DNA of 64,000 nucleotides from a virus: IMG/VR virus record IMGVR_UViG_3300023116_008583, positions 26,192 to 90,191 of that record; one strand, 5' to 3'. Shown piece by piece: positions 9,551 to 18,536 of this stretch (position 1 is its first letter; each line of letters starts with the position of its first letter). The notes under the pieces were generated by a model. It saw only the letters and a program-made list of their open reading frames with translations, ran no database searches and was not told where the DNA came from. The position numbers and the translations under genes were made by a program.

Positions 9551-12500
9551 GTGTCATTTAAGAATTTCAAAGTACCAAACCGATTCGTAGGCTTACACGG
9601 TCATTCAGGATTCTCAACATACGATGGTTTAGGTTATCCAGCCGATCATATTGATTTTGTTCTTGAGAATCAAATGGACGCCTGGGGTCTCACAGATCAC
9701 GGTCACGGATCAGGTTTGGCTCACGCTCATAAGCACTTTGAGAAGATGAAAAAATCAGGTAGAAAATATCGACAAGTTTATGGTGTCGAGTTTTATTTTG
9801 TCGAAGATTTAGACGAGTGGAAGCGCCAATACGAGAACCACAAAGCTCGCATTAAAGCAGAGCGAGATGCAAAAAAAATCGAAGCCCTTGCTACCACAGA
9901 CGTTAATGTTGACAATGAAGACGAACTTATGTCTGAAGGTCATACTATTGAGAACGAGGATGAGTCTAAGCAGGGTTCAAAGGGCAAGCCAGAATGGATG
10001 CGTCGATACCACTTGGTTGTAACAGCTCGAGACCCAAAAGGATTAGCTAATCTATTCACGCTCGTCAAGCGAGGATATAAGGACGGTTTCTATCGTTTTC
10101 CTCGCATCGACTTCAAGATGCTCAAGGAGTTTGGAGAAGGTCTCAACGTCTCTACGGCATGTGTAGGCGGAATATTCAGCGGCAGAACTTTTCAAGAGTT
10201 TCCTGACCTAACATTTGATGAGCTCGGCCCCGAATTGCTCGATGATCCAGTCAAGAAAGCACGCCTGATGAAAACACTTGGCAACCTTACTGACAGGTTT
10301 GTTGACGCTGTAGGTGAGGACAACTTCTTCTATGAGTTGCAATTCAACAAGCTTTCAGCTCAACATATGGTCAACAGAGCTTTGATCGAATTGCACGATC
10401 AGACTGGAATCAACCTTATTACAACTTGTGACTCTCACTATCCCACTCCTAACAAATGGGAAGCTAGAGAGCTTTATAAGAAGCTCGGATGGATGGGTAA
10501 GGAGATGACTCCTCTTCCTGAGTTTGATGACCTTAAGTGTGAGCTGTATCCCAAGAATGCCTCACAGGTCTGGGATGAGTTTGAGCTCGGCTGGAACAAG
10601 TATGATTTCTATAAAGGGCGTGAGGACATAGTCAAGGATAGTATCGAGAGGACCCACGACCAAGTCTGGGATCGCTATCAAGACATGTGGGTGGATTCAA
10701 AGGCTAAGCTGCCGAATTACGCTGTGCCTCAAAAGAGTCATCCCTGCTATCCTTCTGCTCCTGAAGAGACGCCCTTCCAGCAGTTGGCGCTCAAGGTAAA
10801 GAACGCAATGATCAGTACGGGTCTTGCTTCTAAGCCTGAGTATGTTGCTCGAGTCAAGGAAGAACTGGACGATATCAAGTTTCTTGGCTTTGAGAATTAC
10901 TTTTTGACTATGCATGACGTGTTCCACCTCGCAGCTGAAAAGACGCTGTTCGGCCCCGCTCGAGGTTCAGGTGGCGGATCCCTTGTCAATTACTTGTTAG
11001 GCATTACTCAGGTTGATCCCATTCCATACGGATTGCTCTGGTCTCGATTCCTCGGCCGCCATCGTACTTCTTGGCCTGATATTGACTCTGATGCTGGCGA
11101 CCGCGATGCGCTCATCGACGCAGCTAGAGAGCTTTTTGGTGAAGATGCAGTGATTCCTGTCTCTAACTTCAACACTCTTAAACTCAAGTCCATCGTTAAG
11201 GATGTTGCCAAGTTTTATGATGTTCCATTCCAAGAGGTGAATGCGCTTACAGGACCACTCCAATCTGAGGTTGAGCCTCATGCTCGAGATGCTAACACTG
11301 AGAAGTCTGTGTTCGTCCTCACCCATGAGGATTGCATGAAGTACTCCAAGAAGTACAAGGATTTCATGGAGAAGTACCCTGACGTTGAAAAGCACGTGAG
11401 TACACTATTCATGGAGCAGAGATCTATTGGTCGACACGCAGGTGGTGTCCTAATTGCCGATGAGCGTGAGCTTGAGCAGACAATGCCGTTAATCTCAGTG
11501 CGTGGTGACTTACAGACTCCTTGGACTGAAGGCATGAACTTCCGTAACCTGGAAGATAACGGCTTTATTAAGTTTGACTTTCTTGGATTGACGCTGATGA
11601 AGGATGTGGAAAACTGCATTCGCAGAATCTTGATCAAGAACGGCAATCCCTCACCAACCTTTTTACAGATCAGAGATTTCTTTGATGAGCATCTTAACTG
11701 TCGCTACATAGGGCAGGATGACCAAAAGGTTTGGGAAAACACATATCATAATGCATCATTTGCACCCGGCATCTTCCAATTTACTGCTCAAGGTGCCAGA
11801 AACTTCTGCCACCAAGCTAAGCCTCGAAACATTGAGGAGCTTGCTGCAATTACTGCTATTTACCGGCCTGGACCACTCAAGGCAAATGTTCACGTTAAAT
11901 ACGTGGAAGCCGGAAAAGATATCGAGAATATCCAGTATGCACATCCGATCATCGAGGAGGTCTTAGGGCCAACAAGAGGCTTCATTACTTTCCAAGAACA
12001 GTTTATGACGCTTGCTGTTAAGCTTGCCGGATTCTCTCCAGGTGAATCAGATAAGATGCGCAAGACTCTTGTGAAGAAGTCTTTGGATACGATCGGTAAA
12101 AAAGGCTCTGAGCGTGACCAGCTTCGCAAGCAGTTCGTTGAAGGTGCAGAAAGGCTCCACGGCCTAGATCCAAAGGATATGAACGATCTCTTTGACAAGA
12201 TCGAGTTCTTCTCTCTCTACGGATTTAATAAGTCACATGCTGTTGCTTACGCAATCGACAGCTACTACGCTGCGTGGCTATATACTTATCATCCCAGAGA
12301 GTGGATCGCTACTGTTCTCGAGTCTGAGAATAATTCGCCACAAGGGCTAGCAAAAGCTATTCGAGAATCCAAAGCGTTAGGCTATAAGTTTGCTCCAGCA
12401 GATGTAAACTATTCAGGAGACGAGTGGACCTATAATAAAGAGTTGCAAGCTCTCATGCCTCCCCTTTCATCAATTAAAGGGCTTGGCGATAAAGCGATGG

Positions 12501-13480
12501 ATGAAATACTTTCTGCTCGTCCATTTAAGAACTTGAATGATCTTTTCTATGACAGTGAAGGTGAGTGGCGGCATTCTAAAGTGAACAAGACTTGCTTTGA
12601 AGCGCTATGTCAGATTGAAGCGCTCTCTTCTCTCGAGGAGTTCAAGGAAGGAAAACTCGATAATCATAGACAGCTCCTTCACATCATCTCAGAAAACTAT
12701 GAAAAGATCAGGAAAGGTCGAACAGGAGAAGACAAGCTCCGTGAACGCCTAGTTCGAATCGGCGAGCAAATCAAAGATGAGTTCGACAAGATCTTGCGCG
12801 TTTACGAGAAGACTAAGATGTCCGATTTGCAAGAACAAGCGTATCAACATATCTTTAATTGCAGTATCGTTGACTGGTGCTACAGTGAGCATGCAGCAGA
12901 TTTAGTCAAAGACATAGGGCATCCGAACCATAAGCGACAAGCTCAACTCGATAAATGCTTCGAAAGGCTTGCAAACTACTATGCCAGAAGAGATAAACTC
13001 GCAGACAGAATAGAGTCACTATTCAATATTGACACTTCTATTCTAGGTGTCTCTCACATCAAGGATTGGTCAAGAGATGAAAAGATAGTCTTGTACCAAC
13101 AAATAACGTCAGCTATTAATAACGCGCTGGTCTTTCCTGTAGAAGTTATGCGTAGAATTGAGAAAGCTGATGTTAAGTCTATATGTGAAATGGTGGGCGG
13201 AGATAAAGGTGTTGCCTGGGGTTGTGCAACTGAGATCATTAAAAAGAAGACCAAAAACGGCAAGGAATTTTACCGAATCAGAATGATGGACGACCAGAAC
13301 AGGACAGCATGGCTTCGTGTTTGGGGCAAGTTCTTTGATTGGGGTGAAGAGCGAGGTCAAAAGATCTATTATGAACCGCAACCCTTTTCCTACTGGCTTG
13401 TGGAAACCGAAGTAGATCCAAACTGGGGTGCATCTTCAGCCGCCTGGAAAATGAGAAAGATACCGCTTTATGATGATTAA
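9551..13480 (+). CDS. dnaE: DNA polymerase III alpha subunit (family C)
   Basis: PHP domain LHGHSGFSTYDG/TDHG, RGSGGGS, PDIDSD, HAGG, KFDFLGL, YRPGP, FNKSHA, C-terminal OB fold. Confidence 0.97.
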   Translation: MSFKNFKVPNRFVGLHGHSGFSTYDGLGYPADHIDFVLENQMDAWGLTDHGHGSGLAHAHKHFEKMKKSGRKYRQVYGVEFYFVEDLDEWKRQYENHKARIKAERDAKKIEALATTDVNVDNEDELMSEGHTIENEDESKQGSKGKPEWMRRYHLVVTARDPKGLANLFTLVKRGYKDGFYRFPRIDFKMLKEFGEGLNVSTACVGGIFSGRTFQEFPDLTFDELGPELLDDPVKKARLMKTLGNLTDRFVDAVGEDNFFYELQFNKLSAQHMVNRALIELHDQTGINLITTCDSHYPTPNKWEARELYKKLGWMGKEMTPLPEFDDLKCELYPKNASQVWDEFELGWNKYDFYKGREDIVKDSIERTHDQVWDRYQDMWVDSKAKLPNYAVPQKSHPCYPSAPEETPFQQLALKVKNAMISTGLASKPEYVARVKEELDDIKFLGFENYFLTMHDVFHLAAEKTLFGPARGSGGGSLVNYLLGITQVDPIPYGLLWSRFLGRHRTSWPDIDSDAGDRDALIDAARELFGEDAVIPVSNFNTLKLKSIVKDVAKFYDVPFQEVNALTGPLQSEVEPHARDANTEKSVFVLTHEDCMKYSKKYKDFMEKYPDVEKHVSTLFMEQRSIGRHAGGVLIADERELEQTMPLISVRGDLQTPWTEGMNFRNLEDNGFIKFDFLGLTLMKDVENCIRRILIKNGNPSPTFLQIRDFFDEHLNCRYIGQDDQKVWENTYHNASFAPGIFQFTAQGARNFCHQAKPRNIEELAAITAIYRPGPLKANVHVKYVEAGKDIENIQYAHPIIEEVLGPTRGFITFQEQFMTLAVKLAGFSPGESDKMRKTLVKKSLDTIGKKGSERDQLRKQFVEGAERLHGLDPKDMNDLFDKIEFFSLYGFNKSHAVAYAIDSYYAAWLYTYHPREWIATVLESENNSPQGLAKAIRESKALGYKFAPADVNYSGDEWTYNKELQALMPPLSSIKGLGDKAMDEILSARPFKNLNDLFYDSEGEWRHSKVNKTCFEALCQIEALSSLEEFKEGKLDNHRQLLHIISENYEKIRKGRTGEDKLRERLVRIGEQIKDEFDKILRVYEKTKMSDLQEQAYQHIFNCSIVDWCYSEHAADLVKDIGHPNHKRQAQLDKCFERLANYYARRDKLADRIESLFNIDTSILGVSHIKDWSRDEKIVLYQQITSAINNALVFPVEVMRRIEKADVKSICEMVGGDKGVAWGCATEIIKKKTKNGKEFYRIRMMDDQNRTAWLRVWGKFFDWGEERGQKIYYEPQPFSYWLVETEVDPNWGASSAAWKMRKIPLYDD

Positions 13481-13664
13481 GCCAGGTGAACTAGTTCGAA
13501 TAACAAAAACCGCTGTACAAGATAGTAGGTTTTTGAACAAGGTTGGAGTGTTAATACGTGACGACGGAGTGGATGATTGTGGAATTCCAGAAGTATTCAT
13601 TCTTGTTGAAAGTGATATAATATGCGTATATCCTGATGGATATGAGATTGTGGAGAAAAATTGA
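13470..13664 (+). CDS. small KOW/SH3-like protein
   Basis: IKPGELVRI...VGVL. Confidence 0.5.
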   Translation: MMIKPGELVRITKTAVQDSRFLNKVGVLIRDDGVDDCGIPEVFILVESDIICVYPDGYEIVEKN

Positions 13665-14572
13665 TAACCTTTCCCGTCAATAAAATCGTTTTAGAGGGTT
13701 GCGACCTCTCAGGAAAGACAACGCTTTACAACGAGATACACAAAAGGTCAGGGTTTAGGTGGAACATGGATGATAGATCCGGTGTTTCAATGTGTGTTTA
13801 CGCTAACCTTTATAATCGGGATGATTTTTATCACCGAAATAATCTCCATTTGGAGATGTCGAACTTAAACAACCAGTTTGTTCTTCTGTACCCAGACATT
13901 CATACCATTCATGAAAGATTTTTAAGCAGAGGTGATGAAGCACAAGATATCTCTTCTTTGAGCGACCTTCACGTTCTTTTTGGAAAAGAGCTTGAAAGAT
14001 ATTGCATGCTACCTAATTTTCATATTTTCCAGACCGGAAAACCAGAAGAACAAGCACAAGAAGTTGTAAGAAGATGTCGGAGGCTTGAAAATATCTCCAT
14101 AGACACAATCGGAAATTATGTCAGAGAGTTTGCCAAATTTCAGCCTAACAGAGAATCCACTACAGTTCAATTTCACTTTTATGATGACGGGACCTTTGGC
14201 ACAGTTAACGAAGCAATTCTTTCAACTCCTGGTGAAGAAGAATACTACCAAAAGATCAGGCAGAACTTCCTTCAAAAGATTGAAAATGAGCTTAAGGGAA
14301 ACAATCACTACGGTAGAAAAGAGACGCCTGAATCTAGGCGGTTTGTGTTTGCAGGCGAAGAATGCATATCGTTCATTCAGGCAGTATTTAGAGATGATCT
14401 ACTTGATGTGCACGCTGTGTTTAGATCTTCCGATACCGAGCACAAGACAGGAACAGACGTTCAGCTGATACACATGCTTGGAAGAGATGTATTTAGAATT
14501 CTTAATCTAGACCCGGCCCAACACAAGGCTAGATTTCGATTTAATGTTAATAGTGCACACGTGCTAATCTAG
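13661..14572 (+). CDS. dNMP kinase fused to a truncated thymidylate-synthase-fold (dCMP-type) domain
   Basis: N-terminal LEGCDLSGKTT and DR; C-terminal SRR...C...Q...RSSD-x7-D...SAH. Confidence 0.8.
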   Translation: MITFPVNKIVLEGCDLSGKTTLYNEIHKRSGFRWNMDDRSGVSMCVYANLYNRDDFYHRNNLHLEMSNLNNQFVLLYPDIHTIHERFLSRGDEAQDISSLSDLHVLFGKELERYCMLPNFHIFQTGKPEEQAQEVVRRCRRLENISIDTIGNYVREFAKFQPNRESTTVQFHFYDDGTFGTVNEAILSTPGEEEYYQKIRQNFLQKIENELKGNNHYGRKETPESRRFVFAGEECISFIQAVFRDDLLDVHAVFRSSDTEHKTGTDVQLIHMLGRDVFRILNLDPAQHKARFRFNVNSAHVLI

Positions 14573-14582
14573 GAAAAAAACA

Positions 14583-15023
14583 GTGTCAGACCCAAACCAC
14601 CGAAGCTCAAAATATCCTCTCAGCACAATGTCTGCGCCTATAAAACCTACAGATATCACAAGACACAAAGCTGAAACGCTTAAGGTTACAAATCACTATG
14701 TAAAAAAAGAATACGATCGCCTTTATGAGCAAGCTGAGGTTCTCATGAAGCAGTTTAATGATCTAGACCGACGCGTTAAAATAACGACTATGATCGAATC
14801 GGTTCGTAGAAAATTTAAACCCGTCCCTGGGAACACGTATTGGCTTTATATGAGAGACCGCGGAGATTTATTTTTAAGCCTAATAGGAAAAGATGATTGG
14901 GCAGCAGGAATACCGGGGCAGTACGTTGCGCAAGTCGAAAGACTGGGTGATAGTACTTGGGAAGTAATTGATACACATGAAGACTTTAAGTCATTTTGGG
15001 AAAAAATCAAGGGAGACGAGTAA
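14583..15023 (+). CDS. DUF2452-like protein
   Basis: FKPVPGNTYWLY...LSLI...W...DSTWE pattern. Confidence 0.6.
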   Translation: MSDPNHRSSKYPLSTMSAPIKPTDITRHKAETLKVTNHYVKKEYDRLYEQAEVLMKQFNDLDRRVKITTMIESVRRKFKPVPGNTYWLYMRDRGDLFLSLIGKDDWAAGIPGQYVAQVERLGDSTWEVIDTHEDFKSFWEKIKGDE

Positions 15024-15950
15024 ATGAGAAGAGCACTAGTTACAGGTGCAGCAGGATTTATAGGATCAAATCTGGTCAAAAGGCTCTTGGCAGAAGGCTG
15101 GGATGTTGTAGGCGTAGATGACCTTAGCTCGGGACACCTTGAGCTACTTGACGGTGTTAGAGGACTGCGGCTTGTTATAAACGATTTCGCCTGCAAATCG
15201 ATAATCGAATCCATTGAGTGTCAAGAATTTGATGTCGTCTTTCACTTGGCGGCAATTCCAAGAGTAAGTTTCTCAGTTGAGAATCCTGCGCTTACCACTG
15301 ACGTCAATGTCGCGAGAACAGTCTGTCTTATGGAGGCATGCCGCGGAAACGTAGAGAGGTTTGTGTATTCATCTTCTTCGTCGGTTTATGGAGGAGCGGA
15401 TACTCTTCCTACACCAGTGACATATCCCAGAGATCCTAAGTCTCCATACGCATGGCAGAAATCTTGCATAGAAGATCTTCTTAGAACTTTTGGAAACTTG
15501 TACGATTTTGACTCCGTGTGCCTAAGATATTTTAATGTCTTTGGTCCCAGTCAATATGGTGACTCTCCTTACTCGACTGCAATCTCTGCGTGGTGTCATG
15601 CTGTTAAAAACGGAACGCCTCTTCGCAAAGATGGATCAGGAGAGCAAAGTAGAGATATGTGTTATGTCGATAATGTTGTAGATGTAAACATTCGTGCAGC
15701 AAATCACGAAGGAACATTTAGAGGTGAAGCTTTCAATGTGGCATGCGGCGATCGAACAAGCAATAACGAAATCCTCGATGCCTTTAAAGAGAGGTTCGGA
15801 GATTTACAAATAGATGAGGCACCGTTTAGGCCTGGAGATGTTATGCACACTCAGGCAGACATTTCAGAAACTGAACGTGTATTTGGTTATAAACCACTTG
15901 TTCGTTTTTGGGAAGGCCTTGAGAAAACTTTTGACTGGTGGGACATTTAA
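15024..15950 (+). CDS. NAD-dependent NDP-sugar epimerase (WbpP/GalE-like)
   Basis: TGAAGFIG, SSSSVYG, YAWQK, LRYFNVFGP, RDMCYV. Confidence 0.92.
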   Translation: MRRALVTGAAGFIGSNLVKRLLAEGWDVVGVDDLSSGHLELLDGVRGLRLVINDFACKSIIESIECQEFDVVFHLAAIPRVSFSVENPALTTDVNVARTVCLMEACRGNVERFVYSSSSSVYGGADTLPTPVTYPRDPKSPYAWQKSCIEDLLRTFGNLYDFDSVCLRYFNVFGPSQYGDSPYSTAISAWCHAVKNGTPLRKDGSGEQSRDMCYVDNVVDVNIRAANHEGTFRGEAFNVACGDRTSNNEILDAFKERFGDLQIDEAPFRPGDVMHTQADISETERVFGYKPLVRFWEGLEKTFDWWDI

Positions 15951-15972
15951 TAACGCAGGTGTAACAAGATAC

Positions 15973-15979
15973 ATATTTA
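15973..15979 (+). promoter_or_regulatory. putative late-promoter motif ATATTTA
   Basis: Intergenic, followed by GGAG RBS and ATG 15999. Confidence 0.6.
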
Positions 15980-15998
15980 CAGCGTCTGGAGTAGTTTA

Positions 15999-17879
15999 AT
16001 GGGTGGTATTGCATTTAAAGATAGTCAAGGAAGCTCATTAGCAAGCGGAGTTGAAAGACAATATGTGAAAGACACACTCGATGATCTCTTCACAAACCAC
16101 TTAAAAGATGCAGGAATTTCAGGATACGAGCCGGTTGGCTCTACGGGAAAGAAATCTATCGCTGGGGATCTTGATATCGCAGTTCAACCTGAACAGGAAG
16201 ATGTCAAACTAGCAAAAACTCAGATCTATAGAAATCTTGTTGGTTCGTTAGGCGCTGATAGAGTAAAGGTGATCGGTCCCAACCTCACAGTTTTATATCC
16301 AATAAAAGGTGATCCAGAAGAGCGAGATGCTCAGGTCGACTTAATGATTGCGCCAGATCTTGAGAGCGCAGGGTGGTTGATGGCAGGTGTCGGGGACGAA
16401 GGCATCAAAGGCATTTTTAGAAACGTGATGCTTGGGCATATTGCTGCAGAGAGAAGCAAAGAGCTTGGAACTCATGAGAAGTTAACTGTCGCCACCCCCG
16501 GCGGACTAGGCAGACTTTCTCTTGATCCTGCTCTTGATCCTGAGTTACCAAAAAACAAGCGAAAGTTTAAGCTAGTAGGCCCGAGAATCACTAGCCCGCA
16601 AGCAATATTGGACGGTTTAGGCATTCCAAGCAATCCATCAGAGACTGCAAGTTTTGAAGGACTGGTAAATGTTATGACTAAAGATCCTGAGTTAAAACAA
16701 ATGCTTTCGACGTTTAAAGATTATTTATCACAAAGAGTGACTAATGCACAACACCCACAATTTCAAAGAGTGCTAAGTCACGTGGAGTCAGTTATGAGTG
16801 AAGCTATGATTAGAAGTGCAGTGAGAAAGATGCTAGAAATGAAGCAGAATCAACTGCAGGAAAAGATTGTAAAGATAGGTGAGGATGAGCTTTACGATCT
16901 CACAGATGATAACCTCGAAGCTCTGAGATCATTTATACGATCCGAGCTCGGTGTAAGCGAATACGATCCTGACGCATCACGTCAGTCTTACATTGATTCG
17001 ATTGACGCAGTGAGAGGTGACACTCAATTTTCTGATGCTATGGCAGGCTACCCTGATGAGTACAAAAAACTTGTTTTGGATTATCTCATGTCTGCTGAAG
17101 AAGGACCAGATGAGATTGGTCCAATGCTATTTTCTCTCTCTGCAGGCAATTCATCCCTAGTAGATATCCCAGATCAGCTTTTAGATATTCTTCACTATAA
17201 TGAAGGGCAAGGGCTTGGGCGAGGAGAGCTTTTAACTCCACTTCTTTACGACAAGTCTTCTTGGGTTGGCGGTGCATCCGCTACACACGACGTAGATATC
17301 GGAGATCAAGCCTGGGAAATTAAGCATCACAGGTCTTTCAACGAACCTTTCGTTTTCGGTGGCGGTGCAAAGTCTTTCTTTAGATCGCCTAATAATCTCG
17401 CTTCAGCAATTAAAGCTGCTGGGTACGATATAGACCAGTTGCAAACAATGGGTAGAGACGAAAGCTTAAAGGCGATTGAGGACATTGTCACTAACTACAA
17501 GCCAGAGATTGACGGTAAGGTTATAGACTCTTCTGCAAAGATGCTTCACTTGCTTGATCAAATTGCTAGAGAGCACGTTCTACCCAAGGGAGAGGCAGGC
17601 GTTCTTTTATATCAGTCTAAGTCCGCTGCTGGATCACCTGCAAAAACTAGATTTGTTGACAAGGATGATCTTTACTTCTACGCTTTCGGTGGAAGAAAGA
17701 CCGGTAGATATCTTCTATACGCACCTGAATCACCATCCCCCAGTCGAGAATCTATGGCACCTCCCGTTGTTGACGAAGAAGAACCAGCACAACCTGAAGA
17801 GGCTGAGCAGTCAGAAGAAAATCTGAATGAGTCAGCGCAAAATCGATGGCAGCTAATAGCGGGTATCAAAGATGTCTAA
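15999..17879 (+). CDS. Pol-beta-type nucleotidyltransferase fused to a PD-(D/E)xK-like nuclease
   Basis: GSTGKK...GDLDIAV...QVDLM; C-terminal half GRGE...HDVDI...WEIK. Confidence 0.65.
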   Translation: MGGIAFKDSQGSSLASGVERQYVKDTLDDLFTNHLKDAGISGYEPVGSTGKKSIAGDLDIAVQPEQEDVKLAKTQIYRNLVGSLGADRVKVIGPNLTVLYPIKGDPEERDAQVDLMIAPDLESAGWLMAGVGDEGIKGIFRNVMLGHIAAERSKELGTHEKLTVATPGGLGRLSLDPALDPELPKNKRKFKLVGPRITSPQAILDGLGIPSNPSETASFEGLVNVMTKDPELKQMLSTFKDYLSQRVTNAQHPQFQRVLSHVESVMSEAMIRSAVRKMLEMKQNQLQEKIVKIGEDELYDLTDDNLEALRSFIRSELGVSEYDPDASRQSYIDSIDAVRGDTQFSDAMAGYPDEYKKLVLDYLMSAEEGPDEIGPMLFSLSAGNSSLVDIPDQLLDILHYNEGQGLGRGELLTPLLYDKSSWVGGASATHDVDIGDQAWEIKHHRSFNEPFVFGGGAKSFFRSPNNLASAIKAAGYDIDQLQTMGRDESLKAIEDIVTNYKPEIDGKVIDSSAKMLHLLDQIAREHVLPKGEAGVLLYQSKSAAGSPAKTRFVDKDDLYFYAFGGRKTGRYLLYAPESPSPSRESMAPPVVDEEEPAQPEEAEQSEENLNESAQNRWQLIAGIKDV

Positions 17880-18468
17880 TATGAAGGTCTTGATGGAAGG
17901 GTGGAGAACCTTTCTAAATGAGCAAGACGACGATCAGGGGCATTATTATCATTTATCACCTGTGAAATTTGAACAGTTCGCCCAGCAACTCAAACCTGCC
18001 CACATAGCGTCAGAGCCTGGATTTCACTTTGGAACCAAAAAGACTGCGCTAATAGTCGCAGACAAGCTCAAGAAAGAGGGCAGAGTAAAACCAGGTGACG
18101 TGGTTTATCTTTATAAAGTAAGCCTTAACATGACTAGCCCACTAAAGATGCTTGAGAATAGAATGGGATCTTGGGGTGTTGCATCTATTGTTAACGAGAT
18201 GTTTGAGGGAGAAACTTCATTTTCACCGTCTGATGAACAAATTGATGATTTCTATGAAGATGTAGTCACAACACCTTCAGGCGAGAACTTAAAAGATTTA
18301 ATGTTCGAACCCGCTATAGAAGTAAAAGAATTCATTAGCTGGTTTAACGATCAAGGCTATGATTCAATCGAATATGATAACACATTTGAAGGTGGAGGAA
18401 CATCTTACATTGTGTTTAAGCCTGAACAAATCTCCATCGTTGATGTTGAAGAGTACGAAGTTTCTTAA
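17872..18468 (+). CDS. ADP-ribosyltransferase-like protein (ART-PolyVal type)
   Basis: YYH...F..F...GFHFG...GYDSIEY.N..E...SYIVFKPEQI. Confidence 0.65.
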   Translation: MSNMKVLMEGWRTFLNEQDDDQGHYYHLSPVKFEQFAQQLKPAHIASEPGFHFGTKKTALIVADKLKKEGRVKPGDVVYLYKVSLNMTSPLKMLENRMGSWGVASIVNEMFEGETSFSPSDEQIDDFYEDVVTTPSGENLKDLMFEPAIEVKEFISWFNDQGYDSIEYDNTFEGGGTSYIVFKPEQISIVDVEEYEVS

Positions 18469-18536
18469 TTTAAACATAATAAAAGAATAAAAAAACCTCG
18501 AATGTGTTATAATCATTTATATCACATGGAGAAATA

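Noticed and set aside
9551-13480. Intein or intron in dnaE
   Set aside because: Continuous ORF; the insertions lack C/S...HN-C/S/T ends and LAGLIDADG motifs
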